Under the pieces are notes generated by a model that saw nothing but the letters and a program-made list of their open reading frames with translations, searched no databases and was not told the origin of the DNA. 64,000 nt of DNA from Lytechinus pictus (Eukaryota): NCBI RefSeq assembly GCF_037042905.1, contig NC_087251.1, positions 29,948,001 to 30,012,000 of the forward strand, given 5' to 3'. The position numbers were made by a program, and so were the translations under genes. Positions 1 through 12,677 of this stretch are shown here, one piece after another (position 1 is the first letter of the stretch; the number at the start of each line of letters is the position of its first letter).

Positions 1-1371
1 TGCAAGCTGAAAATTGTTGATATTGAGATCAGAAAAATTGACATTTTAAGGACTGGGACTGATTTTAGGAATTCATGAAGAGCAGACATCTCACCAATCA
101 ACTAATGCAAATGTTAGCACGGACAGGAAATGTTTTATTTTAAGACCTTAAAATAGGGCAATCACTTAAAGTCGTTAAACAGTTTATGCGAGCACCAGGA
201 ACAATGAAGACATAGGCCCTGAGCAAATAATGTTTCATAAAGTTATGAAAAAATGATTCTTATGTATAAATATAACATAATATAATATAACAATATAATG
301 AACAATAATTTCTTCTTTCCCCACTATGTTTCTCTTCCTTTCTCCCTCTTTTTCTCCTTTCCCCCCCTTTTTTTTTACCAGCCGATTGGCGGGCACGTGC
401 CTCATTTTCTCATAAAATTTGGCTCGCACATTGGTTTTGAGGTTAAGATGTGCAAAACATAACTTTTTGGTGTGTGTCAAAAATGATGCTGCCATGGTAT
501 TAAACCACTTATTATGGCAAAAAAAAAACCTACGAAAACTCATTTCGGATAAAACTAGTTCCCCAGTTTTTGGCCAGTGCTCATCAAAGTTGGCACCAAT
601 ATTGGTCTTCAGGTAAAAGCATGTAATTCCTTTTTCCAAATGTGTTTGAAATTGTGTTGTCTTGGTAACACCAAGTTATTGCGAAAAACTCAGGAAACTA
701 TTTCCCCTGGGTTTTTTTTAAACATTGCTCTTAAAATTTGGCAAAAATATTCATCTTTGGTAAAGAAATGCAAAATTCATTTTCCAATTATTAGAAACTA
801 TGTTGTCATGGTAACGGCATATGGCGGAGGTATTTCACCTTCAGTGATAATTTTATTTTAAATTGAGTTCAATTGGTAAGTAGAAATTATGATTCATTTA
901 TGAATTTCAGCTAAAATTACAATTTGCATTGGATTCATGAATTCACATTTTTGAGCAATTTTGGATCCAACCTACACATATGAAATGAAATGATGCTTAA
1001 TTTCAGAACCATGTACCGCTCAAATATGAAATCAATAGTTGCACGAGACTCAATAGAAAATGTCATGGAAGGACGCGGCACCAGCTTTTCGCATTTCAGA
1101 TTTATCATGAAAAATGTTGAGGGGTGGATTCCGCCCTGCCATTCAAGGGTTAAAAAATGTTGGTTTTGGTTGTTATAAGGTCTGTACTGATTTTCCAATA
1201 AAAGAAATAAAAATACCATGACGTCACAGAATTCAGGCCAGTGAGAAGCACAATAAAGCCTAATTTCAGGCTCATTTTAATTATTTGAGGGTTTTCTTAA
1301 GCAAATACTCAGCTGGCAAGTAGTGAAAATGAATAAAACTTGCAATTTTGTGCCTTGTAGTTTATTATTTA

Positions 1372-1530
1372 TACCTCAGTCACGTTTGCTCTATGGCAAG
1401 TCGAAAACAGCCGCTTTAACATTTATTTATAACAGCTACATACCCTGTATACGTGGTTTGAATAAAGATGAATAAAACAGCTGTTTTCGACTCGCCGTTT
1501 GGCCGCCATAGAGCAAATGTGACTGAGGTA
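1372..1530. mobile_element. Short MITE, PIF/Harbinger-like
   Basis: TIR TACCTCAGTCACGTTTGCTCTATGGC / GCCATAGAGCAAATGTGACTGAGGTA, flanked by TTA on both sides (1369-1371, 1531-1533). Confidence 0.7.
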
Positions 1531-2092
1531 TTATTGATTTGTGTATGATTTGTCAATTTCCCTTTTTTCCCCGTTGGTTTTGGTTATTAAAGTACACTCC
1601 ACTGACATTCAATGTCTGATTGGGAAAGTTGGGTTTGTGATGGTTTAGAACATGATGCTTGATTTCCTGTACAACGCTTATAGTGATTCTTGAGGCAAGG
1701 TACTTACAATGTAACATTACAGAACTTTATTTTTGAACCATTTTCCTAATTTGATTGTTTTGCTGTCACTTAAAAAAAATTAGGTTGGCGTCATTTCCTT
1801 TAAGAGCATTAAGAATATTTCTGTTTTTGTTAATCTCTTCCATGAAATAGGAATCGACAAGTTTATATCCATGCACCCCCAAGCTTACCAGCTATACTCA
1901 GGGTCATATGTGACTGGAGCTCAGGCTCATCAGATGCAAATAGGAACAAGAACCAGAGATGGCATTCTGTTTGATATGAGGTAGTAGAGGTAATAAACCT
2001 GCTGACAATCTTCTTTCCATTTGGTCTCATCCCACTTGTTCTAATCCTATTTTGTGTAAAATTCATTTGGTCTAATTGACATTCTATCCCCA

Positions 2093-2093
2093 T

Positions 2094-2125
<32 letters not shown>

Positions 2126-2367
2126 ATAATAATAATAATAATAATAACGTCATATTTTACCCAGGGAAGCCACTTCAGTTCTGAAAACTGTTTTACGTGC
2201 CGGCCCTGCTTAACATAATAGTGTTATTATTATCCCCGGTTTTAGCATGGCTACGTTGATCGGGCGCTCAAGCATTCAAAGCATTTCTTCCTACCGGGTA
2301 ACCATTCACCTCACCTGGGTCGAGTGCAACACAGTGTGGATAAATTTCTTGCTGAAGAAAAACACGC
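2093..2367 (-). mobile_element. 5'-truncated SINE with (TTA)n(GTA)n microsatellite tail
   Basis: Core CATTCACCTCACCTGGGTCGAGTGCA also occurs, inverted, at ~43215-43330 and ~60447-60505. Microsatellite at 2093-2147 lies at the inferred 3' end. Confidence 0.6.
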
Positions 2368-4102
2368 ATTACATCTAATATCCACTTGGCCTAACTCCTG
2401 GACCAACTGATTGTAGAACTAGTGAAAAGAAAACTCCATAAGATATCATATTAATCTGGAAGTTCAGGTGCTATTGGTATTACAATGCTTACTTGGTGCT
2501 GCTATCATCTGACAAGGCATCAATCTGCATTTGCTGTCTCAGACCCAGGAGAGAAATGATGATTAGGGAATGGCTTATGGATTGATGACAACTGTCAGCT
2601 ACTAGTACTGAAACCCTAGCATTTGATTTGCTGAAAGCATAAGTTTCAACAAATTCACAGAGATGGAGAATTGTAAAGGTTAGGGGTTTGTTGTAACAAA
2701 TATCAAGGAAACATTAACTTGAATATTCTTTCTGTAGAATGCAATGTTATGAGAAACTTTGAGAAGTTTTCATAAGATTGTGTACCCCTGGGTATAGAGT
2801 GTTAAGTATATAAACAAATCCTTGCAAAGAGGTATTCTTGCCACTAGGGTGAGCTTTCCACCCTAATAGATTTTTTTTTTGTAAACATGTATTTATACTG
2901 TTCAGTAGTCTAGCTATAAAATGGTTGCATCATTTTCATCATTTTGAATTTTCAAAATTTTGATCACGGGTTTTTAATGTCCTTTACAGGTATGGACAGA
3001 TAAAGAGAATGCGGGTAGATAATTTGTGTAAATGCCTCAAATGTATATAAGAAATAATTTTTGTGGTAAAGATGTGTTTTTGTATATCTTACTTTGGAAG
3101 GTTTGTATCAAATTTTATATTAAGTCAAGGAATAGATAGTGAATGGTTCAAGCTTTAATGCAATCACAATCCTAATAGATTTTTGTACTATTTTGTAAAA
3201 TGAAATTTAAGGTTACAAAGACTAGTTTTAAATGTATATTTTGGTCTGATATTAAGGAAGAAATGGATTGTGTGGTAAGTACCTCTTGTATATTAGCAAA
3301 TGTGTTCTTGACAGTATTGTATTGTATTTGTATATTTGTGATTTTGTATTTTAATGTATTATATATGTGAAGAAGTATATCAACTCTAATTTGGAAAGTA
3401 GAAATAATGGCAAAGTCAAATAGTTCGGGAAAATAAAATTGCAATAATGCACATGCAGATGAAATATATAAATTGATATTTTTATATTATCGCCATAGAA
3501 ACAAACTGTCAGACTAACAATATGATCAAATGAAATGTATTGGATAGGTTACAAACAATGGTACTGAGAATACATTTTTAACATTAGTGAAAATCTAACA
3601 TGGCTGTTAAAATGGTTGATCATTTTATGTGGTTAGATATTGTTTTTAATTATTGGATCATATTTATTGATATTTGAAACAAAATTTTCCATGGATAGTA
3701 CAATTTTATATATTTTTCTTAACTATATACTCACATGTTTGCACAATTTTCAAGTCTATAAAGGGTATTGAAACAACCTTCCAATAACTGGAGATTGGAA
3801 CAGAATGAAACGGTTTTGAAATGTTGGCTTGATTTTCAAAACGAGATTTTTAGATGTAAAAATATTAACCTATCGCTTTTGAATAATGAGTTGCTATAGA
3901 CTAGTTTGTTCCATGATGAAATATCCTCTGATATCCTCATTTGTAAGTTAGCCAAAGTTTTAATTATTGGTTTTAATCGTGGTTCAAATCATGTCACTTT
4001 TGAAAGATACAGATTTTTTTGGGGGGGTGTGAATGCAATATTGGACAGCAGTATTAAATGTCAGTATGATCAAAAGTATACTGAGATATTAGTCAACTTA
4101 TG

Positions 4103-4660
4103 AAGGCAAGTCCGATAGATTTGAATAAATAGAGAAAAATCAATCAAGCATAATGTTAAAAATTTTATCAAAATTTGATATAATAATAATAATTGAAAGA
4201 AAAAAGTTAGACACAACCCCGTGATATGCAAATGAGAGAGTCAATGATGACACACACTGTCTTTTTCTTTTGTATATGAATTATCGAATATTTAAATTTT
4301 TGCAAATTTGCTACAATTATGAACCATCTTCATCTAATTACAATACATGCAGGTTGTAGCAATGGCAATCTAATATATTCAAAGAGGAATAAAACCTTGA
4401 TTCACATTATAATGGGGAAAAAATTAAGAAATTTCATAAAATGAATTACAAAAGAAATATTGAGTGGGTGACATGATCAGTTTCCTTGTTCATATATCAA
4501 CCAGAATGTGCATATGACTGTTTCTCAAATCAAGCAAAACCTAGCATTGTCATTACTTTCTTATTTTACACCCTATATTGAAGAAATTTTGTACCTTATA
4601 TTTGCTTTATTTTCCTCTTTACATTCAAATAAAGCTTTTGTTGGGGTTGATTTGCCTTTT
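4103..4660. mobile_element. Degenerate copy of the TTAA/Kolobok-like MITE family
   Basis: Ends AAGGCAAGTCC / GGGGTTGATTTGCCTT and an interior (GATATGCAAATGAGAGAG, GAGGAATAAAAC) colinear with 62520-63110. Confidence 0.55.
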
Positions 4661-5174
4661 ATGATTGTAAGCTCTAGGACCCTTTGCAGAAACAGTTTTA
4701 TTTTAAGGACGTTCCACGGTTATGTTTGTGCACTTTGATATCACAATGGATGGACAGGTGAATAATCAGCTAAAGGTATCAGCTGATTTTTCCCATGATC
4801 TGCATTCTAACTGCTGACCCTATGTGTTATTCTATGAAGCTATATTAGCTGAAAACAATCCTCTACAAAGCAGAATACTTCACTCTGCAGTGCTGCAAAC
4901 TATGACGAATATGACCTCGAGTTTGAATAAATGGTAGAGTGGTTTGACATCTTTCCTCACTAAATACAATGCCTTTTGTATGTTTTTTGTGTTTTATAAA
5001 GCAAATTTGCTCCAACAAGAGTGCTCATAGTTTGGAAACAAGCACATGAGCTCTTATCTTTTAATGTGTATTACAACCAAAAGTTTTCAATAAAGAACAG
5101 CATTAATTGTACTTCTAAAATTTGTTCTAGAAATTTGAAATTTTTGCGAAATGTTTTTGTCATCTTTCACACCA

Positions 5175-6385
5175 TTTTTATTGTCTCGCCTGCATAGCAG
5201 AGCAAGACTATAGGCGCCGCTTTTCCGACGACGGTGACGGCGGCATTGTCAACATTGAAATCTTAACCAAGGTTAAGTTTTTGAAATGTCATCATAACTT
5301 AGAAAGTTTATGGACCTAGTTCATGAAACTTGGACATAAGGGTAATTAAGTATTACTTAACATCCTGCCTAAGTTTCAGGTCACATGACCAAGGTCAAAG
5401 ATCATTTAGGGTCAATGAACTTGGACCATGTTGGGGGAATCAATATCGAAATCTTAACCAAGCTTAAGTTCTTTAAATGTTGTCATAACTTCGAAAGTAT
5501 ATTGACCTAGTTCATAAAACTTAGACATAAGGGTAATAGTGTATCACTTAACATCCTGCCTGAGTTTCAGGTCACATGATTAAGGTCAAAGGTCACTTAG
5601 GGTCAATGAACTTTGGCCATGTTGGGGCGTAATTTGAGGAATTGTCATCATAACTTTAAAACTTTATGGATCTAGTTCATGAAACTTTGACATAAGAGCA
5701 ACCATGTATCCCTGAATATCATGTGCGAGTTTCAGATCACATGACCAAGGTCAAAAGTCATTTAGGGTCAACGAACTTTGGCCATATTGGGGTAATTTGA
5801 GGAATTGTCATCATAACTTTAAAACTTTATGGATCTAGTTCATGAAACTTTGACATAAGAGCAACCATGTATCCCTGAATATCATGTGCGAGTTTCAGAT
5901 CACATGACCAAGGTCAAAAGTCACTTAGGGTCAACGAACTTTGGCCATATTGGGGGAATTTGAAGAATTGTCATCATAACTTTAAAAGTCTATGGCTCTA
6001 GTTCATGAAACTTGGACATAAGAGCGACAATGTATCCCTGAATACCCTGTGTGTGTTTCAGGAACATGGCCAAGATCAAACGTCATTCAAAGGTCAATGA
6101 ACTCTGGCCGTGTTGGGAGTATGTGTTGAATTGGCATCATAACTTTAGAAGTTTATGGATCTAGCTCATGAAACATCGACATAAGGGTTATCAAGTATGA
6201 TTGGTTGTTTTGCACATGTCTTAGGTCACATGATCATGGTCAAAGGTAATTTTGGGTCAATGTTTTATTATCATATTAGTGTTTTCTTCTGTGAATAATT
6301 ATTCATTACCTGTTTTCAAAAGAAGCACTGCTGCTATATCGAATTGCGTAATGCAGGCGAGACTGCCAGAGGCGTTCCACTTGTT
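5175..6385 (+). mobile_element. Tsp/HINE (Helentron-associated)-like non-autonomous element with 6 internal tandem repeats
   Basis: Subterminal inverted repeat GTCTCGCCTGCAT (5183-5195) / ATGCAGGCGAGAC (6351-6363), short 3' hairpin and CTTGTT end. Internal units at 5293, 5484, 5649, 5812, 5975 and 6138 (periods 191, 165, 163, 163, 163). Second copy at 27422-28758. Confidence 0.75.
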
Positions 6386-8740
6386 AAGAATTGAAGATGC
6401 TGCTAGCCTTAAAAGAGCAAACGAATCACAGTATGGATTGATTTGCCATCTGGAGTATACAATTGTGAACTATCCTGTAAAATTTACTTAGATTTTGAAT
6501 GAGTAATAGAGGATTAAACTCAGTGTAATGATCTCTTGAGGTCTAAAAATGGCCAATTCTGTTAAATCCACAATTCTTGGGAACTACCAACTGGGTGAAC
6601 TTCAAAGCTCAGTAGCAAAAAATCAAGGACATAAAGTACTATTATTTTCACCATATTTGGAATATTTAAGTGCTAGAATGAATCTGTGCAAAATTTGGTG
6701 AAAATTAATGGATTTAATTTTAACTGTGGAACGCCCTTAAAACAACTAAAAAAAATCAATCTCATGTTCTAAATGGTCCGTTTGATTGTACAGGTCTGAA
6801 CATCAAGTTGTGTTTGATTTTTCAACTTGATTGCAGCTTTTTTCTGCAATGGGATCACAAATATTGAAAAATCACTAGTAGAATCACCATGTATTATTAT
6901 GTCATTAGGAAGTATTCAGAATGTACCTTTTGAAACCAAAGTCTAATTCAAATGGTATTGTATTTTGAAGAGTACAAACGTTGATGGGCTATATGTTGAA
7001 ATTCACTCTATACGACATGCCACAGTTGAAATGAAGTTCATGTCATTTTTACCAAACATTGCCCATTGTTATTTTAGTGTTCATGAAATGTGAGAAAAAG
7101 GAAGTTTGGGTCTTTAAAGTTCACTAATTGAAAGTAAGATGGTATGACCCAATCAAGGGATTTAGGCGTTTATTAGAGCTCAAAGCGGGGTCACAACACA
7201 AAGTCAAACTTCCCATTGTTTCCTCAAAACCCATCTGAATTCAATTAATTTCAATGAAAAGTACTGGAAAGAATACCAAAAGTAGAAAAGGTATTTATAC
7301 TGGGGGCCACTTAATCCTTTTGAAGTTAACATCGCCCTCTTGTTTGGGAGAATCATGCGAAAATTTACAAAAAAACGTAGCCCAAACATTTCAAATCTCC
7401 ATAGATGAAAGATAAAGATTGAAATGTCTAAAAAGGGGGTTACATGTATTTGCTTATAAATTCTCTGCATCTTCTTTGTAGCAAATGCATTTTTATATTA
7501 ATCACAAATTACATGGCAAAGGGTCAGAATCAAGATACAGATGAATGCAAGAATCTGCCCCTGTATATATTCAAAATATATATTGCATTCATCATAATTT
7601 TTAGAATTGCACCAACAAAAAAAGGAACTTTTTTTTTCCAAAAGTGGTGTTCACACATGTTTTGGCTGATTGACTCCATTTTCTAACATCATCCTGATTT
7701 CCATTTAAGAATGCAGGCCATTGTAATGTCCGCTGATAGGCATGCCTGTGTAGTCATGATATCAACTGATGTGGATGCTCACATCACATACACAACTGTG
7801 GAATGTTCTGATGTTGCTTATGTTTTTCATAATTTAAAGGAAAATAAAACCTTGGGAACAAGATAGTATGTGTGAAAACATAAAAATCAAATAAACAGAT
7901 CAACAAAAGTTTGAAAAAAATCGGACAAATAATGAGAAAGTTATGAGCATTTGAATACTTCTATCACTAATGCTATAATGGAGATCCTCTTATTGGCAAT
8001 GCAACAAAGATATGTGATGTCACTTGTGAACAACTCTCCCAGTACTTTTGTATATATGTTATACTTGTAATATAAAATTATTCTTGTAAATATATATTTT
8101 CTCCTATTTATATGATATATAAAGTATTATAAACATTATGGTCATTTTAAGCTATAGTTACTTATTTTTAGTTTTCTAAGCTGAAATGCTCCTGTTTAGT
8201 TTTAAACTAGATACTGCCTCCTTTCTTTTTTTTGAAGTCTTAGAATGTCACTAAGTACATGAGGTAGACAATTTTAGAGTTGCAAATTCTATTTGACTTG
8301 GTGTTTCAAAAAGTTTACTGAGTCAAGGGAATAAAGTGAAAATTAACTGCACAAACTTATCCATTTGTCACTTGCCATTACACAAGTACAGATTTCATTT
8401 TAATTTTGTGCTTAGATCTCTTCTCTTGAAAAGTTGAAGAACTTATGCTCAACATAATATGGAAACAGTGGAATTGACAGCAAAAAAATATTCAAAATGC
8501 AATAGAGTAAATGCAATAATTTCAATACACTATTTTCCATCATCTTCCTCCACGGATCTTGGAATAGGATTTGATATTTTTATAACCATACCTGTAAGAA
8601 CTTGTAGGCAATTTCAAGACATTTATGTATGTATTGTATGTACTAGAACCTAATATTTTACTATCACACTGACAAAATCAATCGCCCTCTATCTTGCATT
8701 CAAGGCTTAAAATTCATTCCCCTTCTCTTTTCATTCCCTT

Positions 8741-9563
8741 CTTTTTTTATATGCCCTTCTGTCCGTCCGTCCGTCTGTTAACTTTTTCTTGTAAACGCGA
8801 TAACTTCAGTTTAACTTAACCTAGGCTCATATAATTTGGTGTGTAGGATACTAGCATGGATCCTAGGAAGTCTATTGATTTTGAGGTCAAAAGGTCAAAG
8901 GTCACAGTGACATATTTTCATCTTACCCTTCTGCAGTCCTTGTAAACGCGATAACTTCAGTTTAACTTAACCTAGGCTCATATAATATGGTGTGTATGAT
9001 ACTAGCGTGGATACCACGAAGCCTATTGATTTTGAGGTCAAAAGGTCAAGGTCACAGTGACATGTTTTCATCTAACCCTTCTGCAGTCCTTGTAAAGGCG
9101 ATGACTTAAGTTTAAGTTAACCTAGGCTCATATAATTTGGTGTGTATGATACTAGAATGAATCCCAGGAAGCCTATTGATTTTGAGGTCCAAAGGTCAAG
9201 GTCACAGTGACATGTTTTCATCTTACCCTTCTGCAGTCCTTGTAAACGCGATAACTTCAGTTTAACTTAACCTAGGCTCATATAATTTGGTGTGTATACA
9301 TGATACTAGCATGGATCCCAGGAAGCTTACGCATTTTGAGGTCAAAAGGTCAAAGGTTGAGGTCACAGTGACATGTTTTCATCTTACCCTTCTGAAGTCC
9401 TTGTAAAAGCGATAACTTCAGTTTAAATTAATCTAGGCTCATATAATTTGGTGTGTATGATACTATCATGGATCCCAGGAATACTATTTATTTTGAAGTC
9501 ATAAGGTCAAGCTCACAGTGACATGCTTTCATCTTACCCTTCTGATGTCCTTGTAAACGCGAT
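8741..9563 (+). repeat. ~150-bp tandem array (5 units) preceded by (GTCC)n; HINE/DINE-1-like element, 3' end lost
   Basis: TTGTAAACGCGATAACTTCAG recurs near 8789, 8940, 9090, 9240, 9401 and 9551; GTCCGTCCGTCCGTCTG microsatellite at 8761. Confidence 0.75.
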
Positions 9564-11445
9564 ATTATTAGTTGTCAATTGAATTGTTTTAGTTCTTGGT
9601 AGAAAAATATGAATAAACCTATTTTCATATAATGAAATACAAAAGAACAAGTGGGGATATGACATCATCAGCCCACTTTATGAATATTCATGAACACATG
9701 CCTAGAAATCTTTCACCGGAATAATGTAAATCTGTAAAATTCAATAACTTCATTATTTTTTTTCTGATTTTCATCAAATTTTCAGCATTTTGCTCTGTGA
9801 ATTTTACTGTTTTTATTGAGATATGAATATCTTCAGCCTGGATTTTAAAGAGGGACATAAATGGGAATTGACAAGATCAATTGTTGAAGGTCTTGAAATT
9901 TAATATCAATATAAAAAAACACTTAAGGGCAACCTAACCTATAGGTTGCCCTATATTATTAATTTAGGTTGCCCTGAATTGATTTCAAATGAATGATATT
10001 CAATGTGCATCAATTTTGGAGTCATGTATGGAGGCACTGTCGATCAGTGCTATGTAATTGTGGAGTCATTCACATGTGGAGTCATTCACAATGTGTGGTG
10101 GCCCAGAGGGGGGGGGGTGCAATATAATATGTGAGGAGTCATTCATAATGTATTGAGTAGTCGTATATGAATTATGATTATTATTTTCAACGTCTCTATA
10201 CATGGTGGTTCATCGGGCTATCCATGTTCGCATTCCCATGTGCAAGTCTACAACATCGAGAAAGGTACAGGCCTCTTTATGTATTTTTTTTTGTGTGTGT
10301 ATGTATTTATATTATATATAAGAGCATGTAGCATGGGTATTCTTTTACTCACATTTGTGTAATATTTATGCAGCATTCCAACGTAATATGCATGTCCCTA
10401 AACCTGTTTAGATCCAACATTGGCATAGCCTTACACTGAATGTTATGTACTTCCTTCTACTGACTGATGTTGAATTCTGCAAGATATAAGCCGACTGTTC
10501 GGAAAATAGGCTGATTAGCAATGACAGGTGTATGTGACAGATTTGCAGATTTAGAAGTCAAAATATTGTGTCCCTCTATGAAAATTGACCCATCCCATTT
10601 TCAAAGTGATAACCACTCCTCTTTTGTGTCTTCTTGCTTATTATTATTCATTATGCTGCCCTTTTTGCTTGTCAGAGTATTTATTTGGTAATTAAATACT
10701 GTTTTTGTAAACAATGTTCATAGAGCAAATCTCTTTATTCTTATCCTCTACCGAAATTTCTTGTAACCATTTTCAGTTCAGGATTTTTTTTTTTTAATCT
10801 GTAATTGCCATCCTCCAGATCTCTTGTATCCATGCTTAAAGCTGATTGTACTATGAATAAAGATACAGATAAAATACATTCTTCTTTTAAATTGCTTGAA
10901 TTGTACATGTACTCATTATGTTTTGTTTGTTGTTAAATCATCATCAGCAGCAGCAGCAATATCATCATCATCACCACCAATGACCACTTCTATCACCACT
11001 GCCATGACCATTTCCACCGACACTGCCATCTCCATTGTCATCATAACATCATCCAACAGAGCTAGAATTTCTCAAACCTTTATTTCGACACCGAGACAGA
11101 TCAACAATATGGATATTGGTATATTCAACGGGGAATTGCGATCAGCCGCGGATCCATAGCGGCCGCGATCATAGCAGGCCTCCCCCCCCCCAAAAAAAAA
11201 AAAAAATAATAATAATAATGAGGAGGGGAGGAGGGACAGAAAAGGAAGGGGAAGAAGGGAAAGGGGAAGGAAAGGAGTACAGGGCCAGGGAGAAAGAGAA
11301 GGGAAATTAGGAAGAGAGAAAGGAAAGAAATGAGAGAAAGAAAGAGGAGAAACAATAGAGATGGGGAAAGGGGAGATAAATAAAAAGAAGGAGAGAGAGA
11401 GAGACAGAATACGCTGGTGTTTCCTTGCCATCATTTTAGGCTATA

Positions 11446-12675
11446 CAGTGCGTAAAAAAACGGGACAGTTTTGAAAAGTCTATAAAAATTTGTTTCAAAT
11501 TATGACATCTATATTTTGATGTTAAAAGATACTCTGAAATCTTATCTTTGAAATGCCATTAAAAAAATAAATTTTGTTCTTTGCTAATAAGCAGACTTAC
11601 TCTTATCCTTTTTATTATCTTTGCCATGATTTTCGATCTATGCTGTCAAATTTATTCGTTTGCTTGAATTATTTTGTTTTTTCATTTAAACTTCTTGAAT
11701 TTTTCTTCATAAATAAGAAAAGGAGACTTTTCGTCAACCCAAGCAAGAAAATTTGCATTATTAATTGGGAAAACTTGTAATTATTCAAATCCTTTTATTA
11801 TGTAAAACGAATTATGTTATGGTACCCTTAAAAAAACATGAATCCTATTTTCAGGGGGTTATTGATTACTTGACCGAGTTTAATTATGTGAATGACAGGA
11901 CAAACAGAAAAGGATTCATGTCTTTCAATGGCAATGGTGTATTGCGTCAATTTTGAAGGAGCTAGATATGGCAGATCGGATAAAAATGTATCAAAAAATT
12001 GTGAGCGAAGCGAGCAAGAAAAAATGTCCACTTTTTTATTAAAATATCAAATTTGTGATAGATTTTCACATAATATTCAGAAAATAAATTATATTTCACT
12101 TTCTATCTTTCCTTTCATATCCTTTCCACTTTTTTTCTTTTTTTATTGAAGGGGGGGGGGTACCCCCAAAGCCCCCACCTATCTTCATGCCACTGTTCAA
12201 AGGTACCATAACCTTTGTAGCACACAATAAGAGGATTTGAAGAAAAAAAACACGCTCTCCCATATTTCGGTTGAAATTTTTTTTGTTTTTGCTTAAAGAA
12301 GGAATATTCAAAGCTAAAAGAGAACATATTAAAAAGTAACAGCAGCAGACCAGTTCAAGCAAATAAACAGATTTGAAAATGAATTTTTACCGCATAATTC
12401 GAAAAGTATGGCAAAGATAATGAAAAGGTTAAGAGGAAGTCTGCTGATTAGCAAGAAGTCCGATCATCATGTTTATCATTTTATGCCATTTTGGCGCAAG
12501 CCTCCTTTTTAACCCCAGACAAAAACATTCCGTGTTCGCTCAAGCATGAACGAAACTACTTTTTTAATGACATTTGAAAGATAAGACTTCAGAGCACTTA
12601 TTAACACTAAAATATAGACATCATAATTTGAAACAAAAATTTTGCAAATCTGTCCCTTTTTTTTTATACGCACTG
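11446..12675. mobile_element. Tc1/mariner-like foldback MITE (A)
   Basis: TA|CAGTGCGTAAAAAAACGGGACAG ... CTGTCCCTTTTTTTTTATACGCACTG|TA. Internal inverted match between 11784-11829 and 12200-12241. Confidence 0.7.
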
Positions 12676-12677
12676 TA

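Noticed and set aside
400..1153. Possible piggyBac-like element ending AAGGG|TTAA
   Set aside because: No matching left end or TSD within the window.
1863..2153. ORF with poly-Leu/poly-Val resembling a signal peptide
   Set aside because: Translation of the (TTA)n(GTA)n microsatellite.
5280..9563. Regularly spaced repeats resembling CRISPR arrays (also 38300-38730)
   Set aside because: Whole units repeat with no unique spacers, there are no cas genes, and the context is eukaryotic.
10896..11434. Overlapping ORFs with Ser/Thr-, Phe/Leu/Pro- or Glu/Lys/Gly-rich products
   Set aside because: Translations of (TCA)/(CCA) and purine-rich low-complexity DNA.
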